Assembly: GCA_035541415.1 (NCBI GenBank)
Contig: DATKNI010000030.1
Location: 1,621-65,620, forward strand
Source: Minisyncoccota bacterium
Lineage (GTDB): Bacteria; Patescibacteriota; Minisyncoccia; UBA6257; 2-01-FULL-56-20
Reading direction: 5' to 3'
Length of the DNA stretch: 64,000 bases
How positions within the stretch are numbered: position 1 is the stretch's first letter; every line of letters starts with the position of its first letter. Positions 9,864 to 19,433 of this stretch are shown here, one piece after another. A program made the translations under genes and the position numbers. The notes beneath the pieces were generated by a model. The model worked only from the letters and a program-made list of their open reading frames with translations. It did not search any database and was not told where the DNA came from.

Positions 9864-10922
9864 ATGGCCAAAGAACCACGGAAAAAGGCAATCATTACGG
9901 GTATTACCGGGCAGGATGGGTCATATCTTGCCGACTTCCTTCTTTCAAAAGGCTACGAAGTGCACGGCATCGTCCGCCGCGCTTCGACCATGAATCGTGA
10001 GCGCATCCAGCATCTCCACCACGACCCGCACGCGTCGCGTTCGATAACGCTCCACTACGGTGATCTCGCTGACGCGAACACGATCCGCCGCCTCCTGTAC
10101 GAAGTGGAACCGGACGAAATTTATCATTTGGGCGCGCAATCGCATGTGCGCGTGTCGTTCGATGTCCCTGAATATACGGCGAACATCACCGGCCTCGGTA
10201 CGCTCCGCATTTTGGAAGCCATCAAAGATTACGAAAAAGATACCGGCAAGAAAGTCCGCTTCTACCAGGCATCGAGTTCCGAAATGTTCGGCGCCGCTCC
10301 GCCGCCGCAAAACGAAGAGACAAAGTTTTACCCGCGCAGCCCGTACGGCGCCGCGAAAGTTTTTGCCTATGATATGACCCGCAATTACCGCGAGGCGTAC
10401 GGCATCTATGCGGTCAACGGGATCCTTTTCAACCACGAGAGCCCGCGCCGCGGTGAAGCATTCGTGACCCGCAAGATCGCGATCGGCGTTGCAAAAATTG
10501 CCGCCGGCCTCGAAAAGAAACTCTACCTCGGCAATCTCGAAGCGCGCCGCGACTGGGGATATGCGCCGGAATATGTTGAGGCCATGTGGATTATGCTCCA
10601 ACAGCCGGAACCCGATGATTACGTGATTGGCACGGGCCAGTCATATAAGGTGCAGGATTACGTCAATCGTGCATTCGAAGTGGCGGGCCTCGGCGACCCA
10701 AAGCAGTACATCGGCATTGATGAACGCTATTACCGCCCGACTGAGGTCCGCTATCTTTTGGCAGACGCAACCAAAGCGAAAGAAAAATTGGGATGGCAGG
10801 CGGTAACCACATTCGATAATCTGGTGAAGATTATGGTGCGCGCCGAACTCCGCCGCCATGGCCAGCATGAACGCGCCGAAAAGATCATTGTGGAAAATCC
10901 GGTAACGTGGGTGAACGAATAA
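9864..10922 (+). CDS. gmd: GDP-mannose 4,6-dehydratase
   Basis: [50 protein letters not shown]. Confidence 0.96.
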   Translation: MAKEPRKKAIITGITGQDGSYLADFLLSKGYEVHGIVRRASTMNRERIQHLHHDPHASRSITLHYGDLADANTIRRLLYEVEPDEIYHLGAQSHVRVSFDVPEYTANITGLGTLRILEAIKDYEKDTGKKVRFYQASSSEMFGAAPPPQNEETKFYPRSPYGAAKVFAYDMTRNYREAYGIYAVNGILFNHESPRRGEAFVTRKIAIGVAKIAAGLEKKLYLGNLEARRDWGYAPEYVEAMWIMLQQPEPDDYVIGTGQSYKVQDYVNRAFEVAGLGDPKQYIGIDERYYRPTEVRYLLADATKAKEKLGWQAVTTFDNLVKIMVRAELRRHGQHERAEKIIVENPVTWVNE

Positions 10923-10924
10923 TT

Positions 10925-11857
10925 ATGAAAATATTCCTTTCCGGCGGATCGGGCCATTTGGGAAGCGTGCTCGTGCCGCGTTTGCGGGCGGCAGGGCACG
11001 AAGTATCTGCCCCACGGAGCAAGGAATGCGACCTCATGGTTTTTCATGAATGTCTTTCTGCAACCAAAGGATCAGACATGATCATCCATGCCGCAGCCGT
11101 CGCCAAATCGCGCGTGGAACAGATGGCGCATCCATCGGAATCGTTCCGGCCGAACGTCTTGATGACGCTGCAGATCCTCGAAGCGGCGCGCCAAAACAAG
11201 GTAAAGAAGGTTTTGATCGTAAACTCGTTGCGGGCCTATGCCGATATGGAAGCTCCCTTTAAAGAGGAGGCCTTGCTCGAATCAAAGGTTCCGAGCATCA
11301 AGAACAAGACGTTTGGCTATTACGGCCTTTCGAAATGGGTTTCGATCCCTGCCGGGAGGGCATACGCAGCAGAGTTCGAAGACATGAAAATCCGCGAAGT
11401 CGTTTTTTCAAATCTTTACGGCCCGAATGATAAATTTGATTTCGATCCGCCCCCGGCCGTCCCTTCATTCATAAAAAAGATCGCCGCAGCGAAGAAGCAA
11501 GCGATGCCTGCGTTCGATGCGGGGAACAATCCGGGCGCGACGCTCGACCTTCTTTATGTCGACGACGCTGCGGAACTTATGATGCGGGTTGTTGAAAACT
11601 TCGGCGATGGATCATTTGACATCATCAATGGCGGCGGCGGACGCTCATACGAGCTTCGCGAGGTCGCCGATACCGTCGCTGAAGCAGTGGGCTTTAGTGG
11701 TAAAATTACTTGGAGCGGCGAAATAAAAACCCCGCCGATGTTTCTTGATACGGAGAAGGCACATTCGCAATTTGACTGGAAGCCCTCAACAACTTTATCG
11801 AAAGGGATCAACAATACCGTCGAGTGGTTCAATAAAAACTATGGCAAAACAAAATAA
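10925..11857 (+). CDS. GDP-L-fucose-synthase-fold SDR, probable GDP-4-keto sugar reductase
   Basis: GGSGHLG, YGLSK, NLYGPNDKFD; canonical epimerase Cys/His not evident. Confidence 0.75.
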   Translation: MKIFLSGGSGHLGSVLVPRLRAAGHEVSAPRSKECDLMVFHECLSATKGSDMIIHAAAVAKSRVEQMAHPSESFRPNVLMTLQILEAARQNKVKKVLIVNSLRAYADMEAPFKEEALLESKVPSIKNKTFGYYGLSKWVSIPAGRAYAAEFEDMKIREVVFSNLYGPNDKFDFDPPPAVPSFIKKIAAAKKQAMPAFDAGNNPGATLDLLYVDDAAELMMRVVENFGDGSFDIINGGGGRSYELREVADTVAEAVGFSGKITWSGEIKTPPMFLDTEKAHSQFDWKPSTTLSKGINNTVEWFNKNYGKTK

Positions 11858-13058
11858 AAACCCCGCCGGGCTCAAAGTGGGGGTTGGATCGCTTACGATC
11901 GGCCCGCTGGCAAAAAAATTGATCAACCAGACGCTCGATAAGAACCGATTGTCGTACGGCGATCTCACGATGGAATTTGAAAATAAGTTCGCCCAGCTCC
12001 ATGGCGCCCGCTTCGGCATTTTTACGGTGAGCGGGACTTCGGCGCTCCAGGTGGCGCTGAACGCGATGAAAAATATCCACGGATGGAAGGATGGCGACGA
12101 AGTGCTCGTTCCGGCAATCACATTCATAGCAACGTCGAATATCGTTATTTCAAATAACCTCAAGCCGGTTTTCGTCGATATCGATCCGCGCACCTATAAC
12201 ATCGATCCTTCGAAGATCGAGGCAAAAATAACCAAACGGACCCGCGCGATCATTCCGGTGCATCTTTTCGGCCAACCGGCAGAGATGGACACGATCATGG
12301 CGATCGCACGCAAGCGCAAGCTCAAAGTGATTGCGGACTCCTGCGAAACGATGGATGCCCATTACAAGGGCAAGCCGCTTGGGGCGTGGGGCGATATCGT
12401 TTGCTTTTCAACCTATGTTGCCCATATTCTCATCACGGGCGTTGGCGGTCTCATGATTACCAATGATCCGCGCTATGCGACGGCGATGCGGAGCCTCATG
12501 AATCATGGCCGCGACACCATCTATTACAATATCGACCAGGACGACAAACTGGGCAGCAAAAAAGCATTGTTTACGATGGTGAACCGCCGATTTTCGTTTA
12601 TTGATGTGGGCTACAGCTATCGCCTCACCGAACTCGAAGCGGCATTGGGGCTCGAGGGCCTTCAAAAGATGAAGGCGACCGTGCGCGGCCGTAAAAAGAA
12701 CGCGGCGTATTTGACGAAGGCGTTATCAAGTTTCGCCAATGACCTCCAGCTTCCTTTCACGCCAAAGGGATCTGACAACGTTTATTTTTGCCTCCCGATC
12801 GTCATCAGGAAAAATAGCAAAATAAAGAGGGAAGACCTCGTGACATTCCTCGAAGAGCGGGGCATCGAAACGCGCTACATGATGCCGCTCTTGAGCCAGC
12901 CGGTCTACCGGAAGCTTTTTCCGGGCCTCGAAAAGAAGTATCCTGTTGCGCAATGGATTGAGAAAAACGGATTTTACATCGGCTGCCATCAGGACCTTTC
13001 CATGAAAGAGCTGCGCTACGTCGCAAGCGCATTTGAAGAATTTTTTAATAAAAAATAA
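11841..13058 (+). CDS. DegT/DnrJ-fold PLP enzyme, ColD-type GDP-4-keto-6-deoxy sugar 3-dehydratase-like
   Basis: SGTSAL, GDEVLVPAITFIAT, ADSCE, FSTYVAHILITGVGG (His where aminotransferases have Lys); ATG at 11841. Confidence 0.8.
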   Translation: MAKQNKNPAGLKVGVGSLTIGPLAKKLINQTLDKNRLSYGDLTMEFENKFAQLHGARFGIFTVSGTSALQVALNAMKNIHGWKDGDEVLVPAITFIATSNIVISNNLKPVFVDIDPRTYNIDPSKIEAKITKRTRAIIPVHLFGQPAEMDTIMAIARKRKLKVIADSCETMDAHYKGKPLGAWGDIVCFSTYVAHILITGVGGLMITNDPRYATAMRSLMNHGRDTIYYNIDQDDKLGSKKALFTMVNRRFSFIDVGYSYRLTELEAALGLEGLQKMKATVRGRKKNAAYLTKALSSFANDLQLPFTPKGSDNVYFCLPIVIRKNSKIKREDLVTFLEERGIETRYMMPLLSQPVYRKLFPGLEKKYPVAQWIEKNGFYIGCHQDLSMKELRYVASAFEEFFNKK

Positions 13059-14140
13059 TGAACGGAGGAAAACCAACGCAGATTATTGTCGTCGGCCCCG
13101 ACCACCACGGCGATTGGCCGAAGGATATTTATCTCGGCATCAAGCAAGCAGGCATTGGCGCGGAGCTCATCTTCACGAATACCCTCGTGAAAGGGACCGA
13201 CAACAATACCGACATCAGCAAGCGGGCACGGCTCGAAAAGATCAAGCAGCTTTTCAGGAACTATGCGCGCCCGGTATTCAATTACGTGAAGAAGCGCCGC
13301 CGCTTGATGGCTGAGCGTTCGCTTTTTGACCAGGTGAATGCAGCACATCGGCCCGGAGAAAAGCTCCACGTGATGTTCATGTGGACGCCGCCGAGCATCG
13401 AGACGCTTAAAATTCTGAAAGAGAATAAAGATATCGTCCTGTCGCTTTGGCTCGGCGAAGCGCCGATCCGCGAGCCGCTGTGGCCGGCAACATTCCCGCA
13501 CTTCGACCACTTCATTTATGTCGACGAGGAGTGGTATCCGATCCTTGCGCCCGACGTCCAAAAGAAATCAGCCTACATCCCGCTTGCTTCCACGCCAGAG
13601 AAGTTTTTCCCGATAAAACCCGAAGAGAAGAACGATAAGTTCAAATGCGACATCGCCTTCGTGGGCTATTATCTCGACGAGCGCGCCGAAGTGCTTTCTG
13701 TAGTGAAGGATTATGACCTCCATATTTATGGATACCGTTGGGAAAACGGGTTTGAAAAGTTTCCGTGGCTCAAAGAAAAATGGAAAGGGCCTCTTTCCAA
13801 TGAAGATGCCAACCAGGCATTCAACGGCGCAAAGATCGAAATCGGCCGCGCCCTTTCGTTCGTCAAATTCGGGCATGTGGTTACCCAGCGCGTTTTCGAC
13901 ATCTCGCTTGCAGGGAATTTCCAGTTGAGCGGCTATGCTCCGAGCCTCGAAAAAATGTTCGGCGATTCCATCCCGATGTTCAATGATGCGAAAGAACTGA
14001 AAGAAAAAGTTGATTATTACTTGGCACATCCGGAAGAGCGCGAGCGGCTCGCGAAGAAGGCGCATGAAATTTGTCTTCGTGAACATACGTACGCGCATAG
14101 GGTCCAGGAGCTTATCAAAGTTTTGGGGATCACGGCGTAG
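13058..14140 (+). CDS. CgeB-like glycosyltransferase (Glyco_trans_1_2)
   Basis: DIAFVG...R, QRVFDI, YYLAHPEERERLA..A...EHTY.HR. Confidence 0.85.
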   Translation: MNGGKPTQIIVVGPDHHGDWPKDIYLGIKQAGIGAELIFTNTLVKGTDNNTDISKRARLEKIKQLFRNYARPVFNYVKKRRRLMAERSLFDQVNAAHRPGEKLHVMFMWTPPSIETLKILKENKDIVLSLWLGEAPIREPLWPATFPHFDHFIYVDEEWYPILAPDVQKKSAYIPLASTPEKFFPIKPEEKNDKFKCDIAFVGYYLDERAEVLSVVKDYDLHIYGYRWENGFEKFPWLKEKWKGPLSNEDANQAFNGAKIEIGRALSFVKFGHVVTQRVFDISLAGNFQLSGYAPSLEKMFGDSIPMFNDAKELKEKVDYYLAHPEERERLAKKAHEICLREHTYAHRVQELIKVLGITA

Positions 14141-14150
14141 AGCGATTGTA

Positions 14151-14179
14151 TTGCAAAAAGAATATTTTTGTTGCATAAT
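14151..14179 (+). promoter_or_regulatory. Promoter of cupin gene (TTGCAA-N17-CATAAT)
   Basis: 17-bp spacer; GAGGAGG SD before TTG at 14215. Confidence 0.5.
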
Positions 14180-14214
14180 ATCCCTCGGCATTAACTTCGC
14201 ACGAGGAGGTTATT

Positions 14215-14652
14215 TTGGACAATCTGGAAACGCTCGTAACAACCGTTGGGCCTGCAAATACCGATTCTCGACGCATCATTTGGGAGCCGGTCAATGGCGA
14301 CATGGGCAAATTCTGCCGATTGAATTTTTTCGATTGGACAGGCCAGGAAGCGCCCGGCGGTAACCATTATCACGAAAGAAACGAAGAAGTGTTTTTCGTG
14401 ACCCAAGGAGAAATCTCCAAAATGGTCATCGAGAACATCGACACCAAAGAGCGGCATCGCTGGAAGCATCTCGGCGTTGGCACCGTAATTCATATGCCGG
14501 TGCGTCACGCCCATGCACTGGTGCTTGCTCCCGGAAGCAAAATGATCGCGCTGTGCTCCCAACCGTTCGACGAGAATGACAAGGACATGCCAGTCTACAT
14601 GCTGCTCGACAAAAAAACGGGCGAAGAGATCCCGCAGGCGGTAGCCGCCTAG
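14215..14652 (+). CDS. WxcM/FdtA-like cupin (nucleotide-sugar isomerase/epimerase)
   Basis: GGNHYH...EEVFFVTQG...HMP..HAHAL cupin motifs; TTG start with strong SD. Confidence 0.7.
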   Translation: MDNLETLVTTVGPANTDSRRIIWEPVNGDMGKFCRLNFFDWTGQEAPGGNHYHERNEEVFFVTQGEISKMVIENIDTKERHRWKHLGVGTVIHMPVRHAHALVLAPGSKMIALCSQPFDENDKDMPVYMLLDKKTGEEIPQAVAA

Positions 14653-14659
14653 GGACGTG

Positions 14660-14693
14660 TGCGCCATGCTTCCCAAAGCATGGCGCATTTTTT
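14660..14693 (+). terminator. Intrinsic terminator
   Basis: tgcgccatgctt-ccca-aagcatggcgca followed by T6. Confidence 0.85.
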
Positions 14694-14750
14694 AACCCTT
14701 TTATCCTTTGACTTTCGGCGCAAACTGCGCCATTCTATACCTTGTATCCA

Positions 14751-15329
14751 ATGATTCACCCCTATCTCGAAGAATCAATCGCCCTCCAGAAAAAAGTATT
14801 GGAGGATAAAGCCATCGCTGCCACGTTCGATAAAATCGTGCATGCCACGCTCGCTAGCATCAAAAACGGCGGCAAGATTTTGGTTGCCGGCAACGGCGGC
14901 AGTGCTGCCGACGCACAGCACTTCGCGGCGGAATTCGTGGCAATGTACAAAATTGACCGCCGCGCCCATCCGGCGCTTGCGCTCACGACCGACACGTCGG
15001 TTTTAACCGCGGTGAGCAACGACCATCATTTTGACCGAGTTTTCGCGCGCCAGGTTGAAGCACTTGGGACAAAAGGCGACATCCTTTTCCTCCTCACGAC
15101 AAGCGGCAATTCAAAAAATCTTTTGAACGCCGTCCATGTGGCAAAACAGCGCGGCGTGACGACGGTTGCGCTCCTTGGCAAAGGTGGCGGACCGATGAAG
15201 GGCCTCGCTGACTACGAGATCATTGTTCCTTCAGACAACGTGCCGCGCATCCAAGAGGTGCAGAAGCTCATCTTGCACAGCGTTGCAGAAGAAGTGGAGA
15301 AGCGGCATTACAACGAATATCTTTCATAG
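14751..15329 (+). CDS. gmhA: D-sedoheptulose 7-phosphate isomerase
   Basis: GNGGSAADAQHFAAE, ALTTDTS, ND..F..VFARQV, TSGNSKN, RIQE; upstream TTGACT-N17-CATTCT. Confidence 0.93.
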   Translation: MIHPYLEESIALQKKVLEDKAIAATFDKIVHATLASIKNGGKILVAGNGGSAADAQHFAAEFVAMYKIDRRAHPALALTTDTSVLTAVSNDHHFDRVFARQVEALGTKGDILFLLTTSGNSKNLLNAVHVAKQRGVTTVALLGKGGGPMKGLADYEIIVPSDNVPRIQEVQKLILHSVAEEVEKRHYNEYLS

Positions 15330-15345
15330 TGATATCATTATCGAT

Positions 15346-15858
15346 ATGGAAGTCGTGAAAACCAAATTGGAAGGAGTTCTGCTCATCAAGCCGGATGTGT
15401 TTGAGGATTTTCGCGGCACGTTCACGGAAACCTATAACGAGGAAGCGTATAAAAAAATCGGGATCACGGACCACTTCACCCAGGACGACATGTCGGTTTC
15501 GGTGAAGCACGTCTTGCGCGGCATCCACATGGAACCGTCGATCGCAAAAATCATTTCGTGCGGCTATGGAAAATTATATTGCGTCGTCGTAAATTGCGAC
15601 GAGAAGTCGAAAGATTTTGGAAAGTGGGATGCGTTCACGCTGACCGACCGCAATCGGTGGCAGGTGTATGTTCCGCCGAAGCATGGCATCGGACATTTGG
15701 TATTGAGCGAAATCGGCATGTTCCATTACAAGCAATCGGGATATTACGATCCGGCCGGACAAAAGAGCTATCGCCACAACGATCCGAAGTTCAAAGTATG
15801 GTGGCCGATAAAGAATCCGATTCTTTCCCAGCGCGACGAAGAGGGTCGTTATGTCTAA
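15346..15858 (+). CDS. RmlC-fold NDP-4-keto sugar 3,5-epimerase (resembles C. jejuni Cj1430 GDP-heptose epimerase)
   Basis: FEDFRG.F.E, VLRGIH, C.YG...VVV.C, PP.HG.GHLVLS, HYKQ, WP..NPILS.RD. Confidence 0.85.
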   Translation: MEVVKTKLEGVLLIKPDVFEDFRGTFTETYNEEAYKKIGITDHFTQDDMSVSVKHVLRGIHMEPSIAKIISCGYGKLYCVVVNCDEKSKDFGKWDAFTLTDRNRWQVYVPPKHGIGHLVLSEIGMFHYKQSGYYDPAGQKSYRHNDPKFKVWWPIKNPILSQRDEEGRYV

Positions 15859-16432
15859 GCTCCTGCGCAAAACCCGTTCATTCCTGGCATTCTGTTATCT
15901 TCATTCGCCGTTCTTTTCCGAAGAGCGGTATTTCCGTTTTCCGGTGGGCATTCTCAAACACGAAATGGAGGGGAAGGCTTCTTTTGAGATCATCCACATC
16001 GGAAGCCAAAAGAGGTTCCCGCGCGCGCTTTGGGAAAAAATATGCAAGCAACGGAGAGTCGGCAATATAACGGTTGTCGAGAATTGGGAAACGTCGCGCG
16101 GCCTTCCTAAAAATTTTTATGATTTTGCGTATGTCGATGACGGCCATTCGTATTCGGCCACGCGGAGCGATATTCTGCATGCTTCCGAATTGCTGCATGA
16201 GGGCGGCGTGCTTGCCGGCGACGACCTTGAGCTTTCGATGGATGAAGTTGATGCCCGGCTCACCGAACAGTGCCGGGAGGATAATCACTGCAAAGATCCG
16301 CGGAGCGGCATGGAATATCATCCGGGCGTCACGTTTGCCATCGGGGAAATTTTGGGAAATTCGTTTTCTCGCGACCGGGCATTCTGGGCGGCGCGTCGCA
16401 TGCAAAACGGCTGGGGCAAATACGGGCAATAA
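15851..16432 (+). CDS. Class I SAM methyltransferase-like (Methyltransf_24), degenerate motif I
   Basis: YDFAYVDDGHSY...DI.....L..GGVLAGDD. Confidence 0.6.
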   Translation: MSKLLRKTRSFLAFCYLHSPFFSEERYFRFPVGILKHEMEGKASFEIIHIGSQKRFPRALWEKICKQRRVGNITVVENWETSRGLPKNFYDFAYVDDGHSYSATRSDILHASELLHEGGVLAGDDLELSMDEVDARLTEQCREDNHCKDPRSGMEYHPGVTFAIGEILGNSFSRDRAFWAARRMQNGWGKYGQ

Positions 16433-16476
16433 AAATCGCATGACATGCAGTCATGCGATTTTGCTGGTAGAAGCGC

Positions 16477-17457
16477 CTACGGAACGACGCAATCCCAGGT
16501 TCTGATGAGCGGATCGAGCTCTTTCCAAAAGTCATCTGGAATAGGGAACGATGCGAATGCGACATTCTGTTCGACTTCTTTGCGGCTGCGACATCCGGGA
16601 ATGCAAAGCGCAAATTGCGGATGGCGGACGCACCACTGGATCGCTGCCGCGCCGAGCGGGACATCGTGGTTTTCACAAACCTTGATGAGCGTTTGGACAT
16701 AGGTGCGAACTTCCGGGGCGAAATGCCGTTGTTGGTATTTGCGCCCGGCATTGAATCCTTCCGCAAGAATGCCGCGCTCTAGCGCGGTTGCTGCGATGAG
16801 CCCGACGCTGTTTCGTTCGGCCCATGGGATAATGAACCGATTTGCGGTTTGCGAGATCAAACTCCATGAGCCGACGACAATTGCGGCATCGCACATGCCG
16901 GATGCAATATAGTGGCTTGCTGTTTCCGGATTGTCCGCTCCGACGCCGAGATAGTCGGTCATGCCATAATTGCGGACATCCAACATGGCCGTGTAAGCCC
17001 CCTTCTTACCAAAGATGAAGGACGGCCTAACGCCCATGGGGTCGTGGAGGTTGAGGATGGATACCATGCTTATGCCAAGGCGTTCGAGGCTTTGGTCGAA
17101 GCTCCGCCGCGCTGCATCGTATGAAAAATCATACGAATCGTGCGGATAGAGGTGTCCGATTTTAGTTGCAACGAATACTTGGCCTTTGATGTCGGGGCGC
17201 TCGTTAAGCGCCATGCCGATGAAGCTTTCACTCGAACCCTTGCCGTACCACGGTGCGGTGTCAATAAAACGGATGCCTGCGTCGAGTGCCGCAATGACCG
17301 CATCGACACCAAGGGTTTCGTTGGCGAGCGTTCCGAATCCCGGACCGTCCGCATATTGCGCTTGTGCCAAATTGGAGTGGGGAAGGCCGAGCGGGCCAGT
17401 ACCCAGTCCGAGAATAGGCGTTACGATGTTTGTGCCGATCAATTGCTTTTGCTGCAT
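16477..17457 (-). CDS. Aldo/keto reductase (D-threo-aldose / L-fucose dehydrogenase-like)
   Basis: LGLGTGPLG, FIDTAPWYG.G.SE, ATKIG, SLERLG, LHDP, IPG.R; GGGAGG SD before ATG 17457. Confidence 0.85.
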   Translation of the reverse strand: MQQKQLIGTNIVTPILGLGTGPLGLPHSNLAQAQYADGPGFGTLANETLGVDAVIAALDAGIRFIDTAPWYGKGSSESFIGMALNERPDIKGQVFVATKIGHLYPHDSYDFSYDAARRSFDQSLERLGISMVSILNLHDPMGVRPSFIFGKKGAYTAMLDVRNYGMTDYLGVGADNPETASHYIASGMCDAAIVVGSWSLISQTANRFIIPWAERNSVGLIAATALERGILAEGFNAGRKYQQRHFAPEVRTYVQTLIKVCENHDVPLGAAAIQWCVRHPQFALCIPGCRSRKEVEQNVAFASFPIPDDFWKELDPLIRTWDCVVP

Positions 17458-17569
17458 GCGCCTGCCTCCCATGCCGAACCGTGAATTTGAATAAATTGTA
17501 AACTAGTGCCGCGCTTCTTATATCATTTCTGTTGCCTAAACTCAAGCAGCGTCGTATCATAGGAGCATT

Positions 17570-18514
17570 ATGAAACCACAAAAGATTCTCGTGACGGGCG
17601 GCGCAGGCTATATCGGTTCGATCCTCATCCCCGAACTTTTGCGCGCAGGGCACGAAGTGACGGTCATCGATAATTTTTTATATAGCCAGAGTTCGTTGCT
17701 CGACGTTACGCATTTCAAGACGCTCACCGTCGTCCGCGGCGATGCGCGCAACGAAGCGCTCATAAAAAAGCATATCGAAGGAAAGGATTTCATTATCCCG
17801 CTCGCGTGCATTGTCGGAGCTCCCGCATGCGACGCCGATCCGGTGGCCGCCCGCACGATCAACCTCGAAGCGGTGCAGATGATTTTGCGTCTGCGCAAGC
17901 CGGAACAGAAAATTATTTTCCCGAATACAAACAGCGGGTATGGCCGCATGCAGGAAGGAGTGGCATATTGCGACGAAACGAGCGCGCTTGATCCGGTTTC
18001 GCTCTACGGCAAGCTCAAGGTGCAAGCCGAGCTCGAGATTTTGGCGGCTAAGAACGCGATCACGCTCCGTCTCGCAACGGTTTTCGGAGGCAGTCCGCGC
18101 ATGCGCATGGATCTTCTCGTGAATGATTTCGTGTATCGCGCCCTTATGGACCGCACGGCGGTGCTTTTTGAGCCGCACTTCAAGCGCAACTACATCCACG
18201 TCCGCGACGTGGCGCGCGCGTTCATGCACGCGATGGAGCATTTTGAAAAAATGAAAAACGAGCCGTACAACGTCGGCCTTTCGGATGCAAATTTGAGCAA
18301 GAGCGAACTTTGCGCGGAAATCAAAAAGCAGCTGCCAAAATTTGTCTATGTCGAATCGGCGATCGGGGAGGATCCCGACAAGCGCAACTATATCGTGAGC
18401 AACGCAAAGATTGAAAAGACCGGCTTCAAGCCGCAGTACTCCCTGCAGGACGGCATCACCGAACTCATCAAGGTGTATCAAATCGCGCAGAGGAACGACT
18501 TCACGAATCTTTAA
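17570..18514 (+). CDS. Extended SDR resembling C. jejuni Cj1427 (GDP-D-glycero-alpha-D-manno-heptose C4 dehydrogenase)
   Basis: TGGAGYIGS, IIPLACIVGAPAC, FPNTNSGYG, RLATVFG.SPRMR.DLLVNDF, GLSDANLSK, GEDPDKRNY. Confidence 0.85.
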   Translation: MKPQKILVTGGAGYIGSILIPELLRAGHEVTVIDNFLYSQSSLLDVTHFKTLTVVRGDARNEALIKKHIEGKDFIIPLACIVGAPACDADPVAARTINLEAVQMILRLRKPEQKIIFPNTNSGYGRMQEGVAYCDETSALDPVSLYGKLKVQAELEILAAKNAITLRLATVFGGSPRMRMDLLVNDFVYRALMDRTAVLFEPHFKRNYIHVRDVARAFMHAMEHFEKMKNEPYNVGLSDANLSKSELCAEIKKQLPKFVYVESAIGEDPDKRNYIVSNAKIEKTGFKPQYSLQDGITELIKVYQIAQRNDFTNL

Positions 18515-18547
18515 TCTTTTCGTCGGCGTTTCTTGGCGCTGTCATCA

Positions 18548-18576
18548 TTGACGGATTTATGTCAATTTGGTATTAT
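18548..18576 (+). promoter_or_regulatory. Promoter of HD-like gene (TTGACG-N17-TATTAT, extended TG)
   Basis: Near-consensus hexamers; AAGGAG SD before TTG at 18620. Confidence 0.6.
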
Positions 18577-18619
18577 TTCCGCGGTATTTTTGACGCGAAC
18601 AAAATGAAAGGAGTCCACT

Positions 18620-19348
18620 TTGAACAGTTTCTTGGAACAACTTGCCTCCGATTTGAGAAAAGCGTATATCACTCCAAACGTAAGCCGTGGGCACGATTTT
18701 TACCATATCGAACGGATGGTGGCGCGTGGTCCAGAGATCCGTGAATACCTCGTGTTCGAGATGGACGAATATGTCGCGGCGGTGTGGTTGCACAACGTTG
18801 ACCGGTGCGTTCCCCTAAAACAATTGACGGCGGAGCTCGGCGGACTGAGAAAGTGCATCCTTTCGCTTTTGGAAGGGAGCGATTTTTCTCCTGAGGCCAA
18901 AGAGAGGATCATCGACGCAGTGCTTCAGCACAGTAAAAAAGACGATGAACCAGGCGATAGCCCTCTGCTGCTCGCTCTTCGGGTGGCAGATAAGTTGGAC
19001 CGTTTTATTCCAACCCTTCTCGTGGAAGCTCCTGCGTCATGGGGGCACCTGCCGATTTTCGTGGCCCAACATCCCTTCGGTTATGATCCCACCGAGGCCG
19101 GTGAACGGGGTACCGCCGGACATCAGAGCATCTATCAGACGTATTATCGGGTGCTTGAGTGGATCCCGATGATGCCTGAATGGGCTCGGGGCCTGATCCG
19201 TCGGGACCATCTTCGGCTGTTTATCACCTTCTTGCGGCTCTTGGGAGCGCAAGCGGCAGATCAGTTCCACGTGACCAACCAGGTTGAAGATGATATTCGT
19301 CACGCTCTTGGTCCCTGCTACGAATGGGCCAATGTATACATCGCGTGA
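18620..19348 (+). CDS. HD-domain-like phosphohydrolase with HN in place of HD
   Basis: GHDFYHIERM, WLHNVDR, QHS, VADKLD. Confidence 0.65.
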   Translation: MNSFLEQLASDLRKAYITPNVSRGHDFYHIERMVARGPEIREYLVFEMDEYVAAVWLHNVDRCVPLKQLTAELGGLRKCILSLLEGSDFSPEAKERIIDAVLQHSKKDDEPGDSPLLLALRVADKLDRFIPTLLVEAPASWGHLPIFVAQHPFGYDPTEAGERGTAGHQSIYQTYYRVLEWIPMMPEWARGLIRRDHLRLFITFLRLLGAQAADQFHVTNQVEDDIRHALGPCYEWANVYIA

Positions 19349-19364
19349 GCATTTTCAGTTTCCT

Positions 19365-19396
19365 GCGGGCACCTTGCATAAGGGTGCCCGTTTTTT
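19365..19396 (+). terminator. Intrinsic terminator
   Basis: gcgggcacct..agggtgcccg followed by T6. Confidence 0.85.
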
Positions 19397-19433
19397 ATTC
19401 GCAAAATTTGGAAAAAGGTGTACGATAAGCCAT

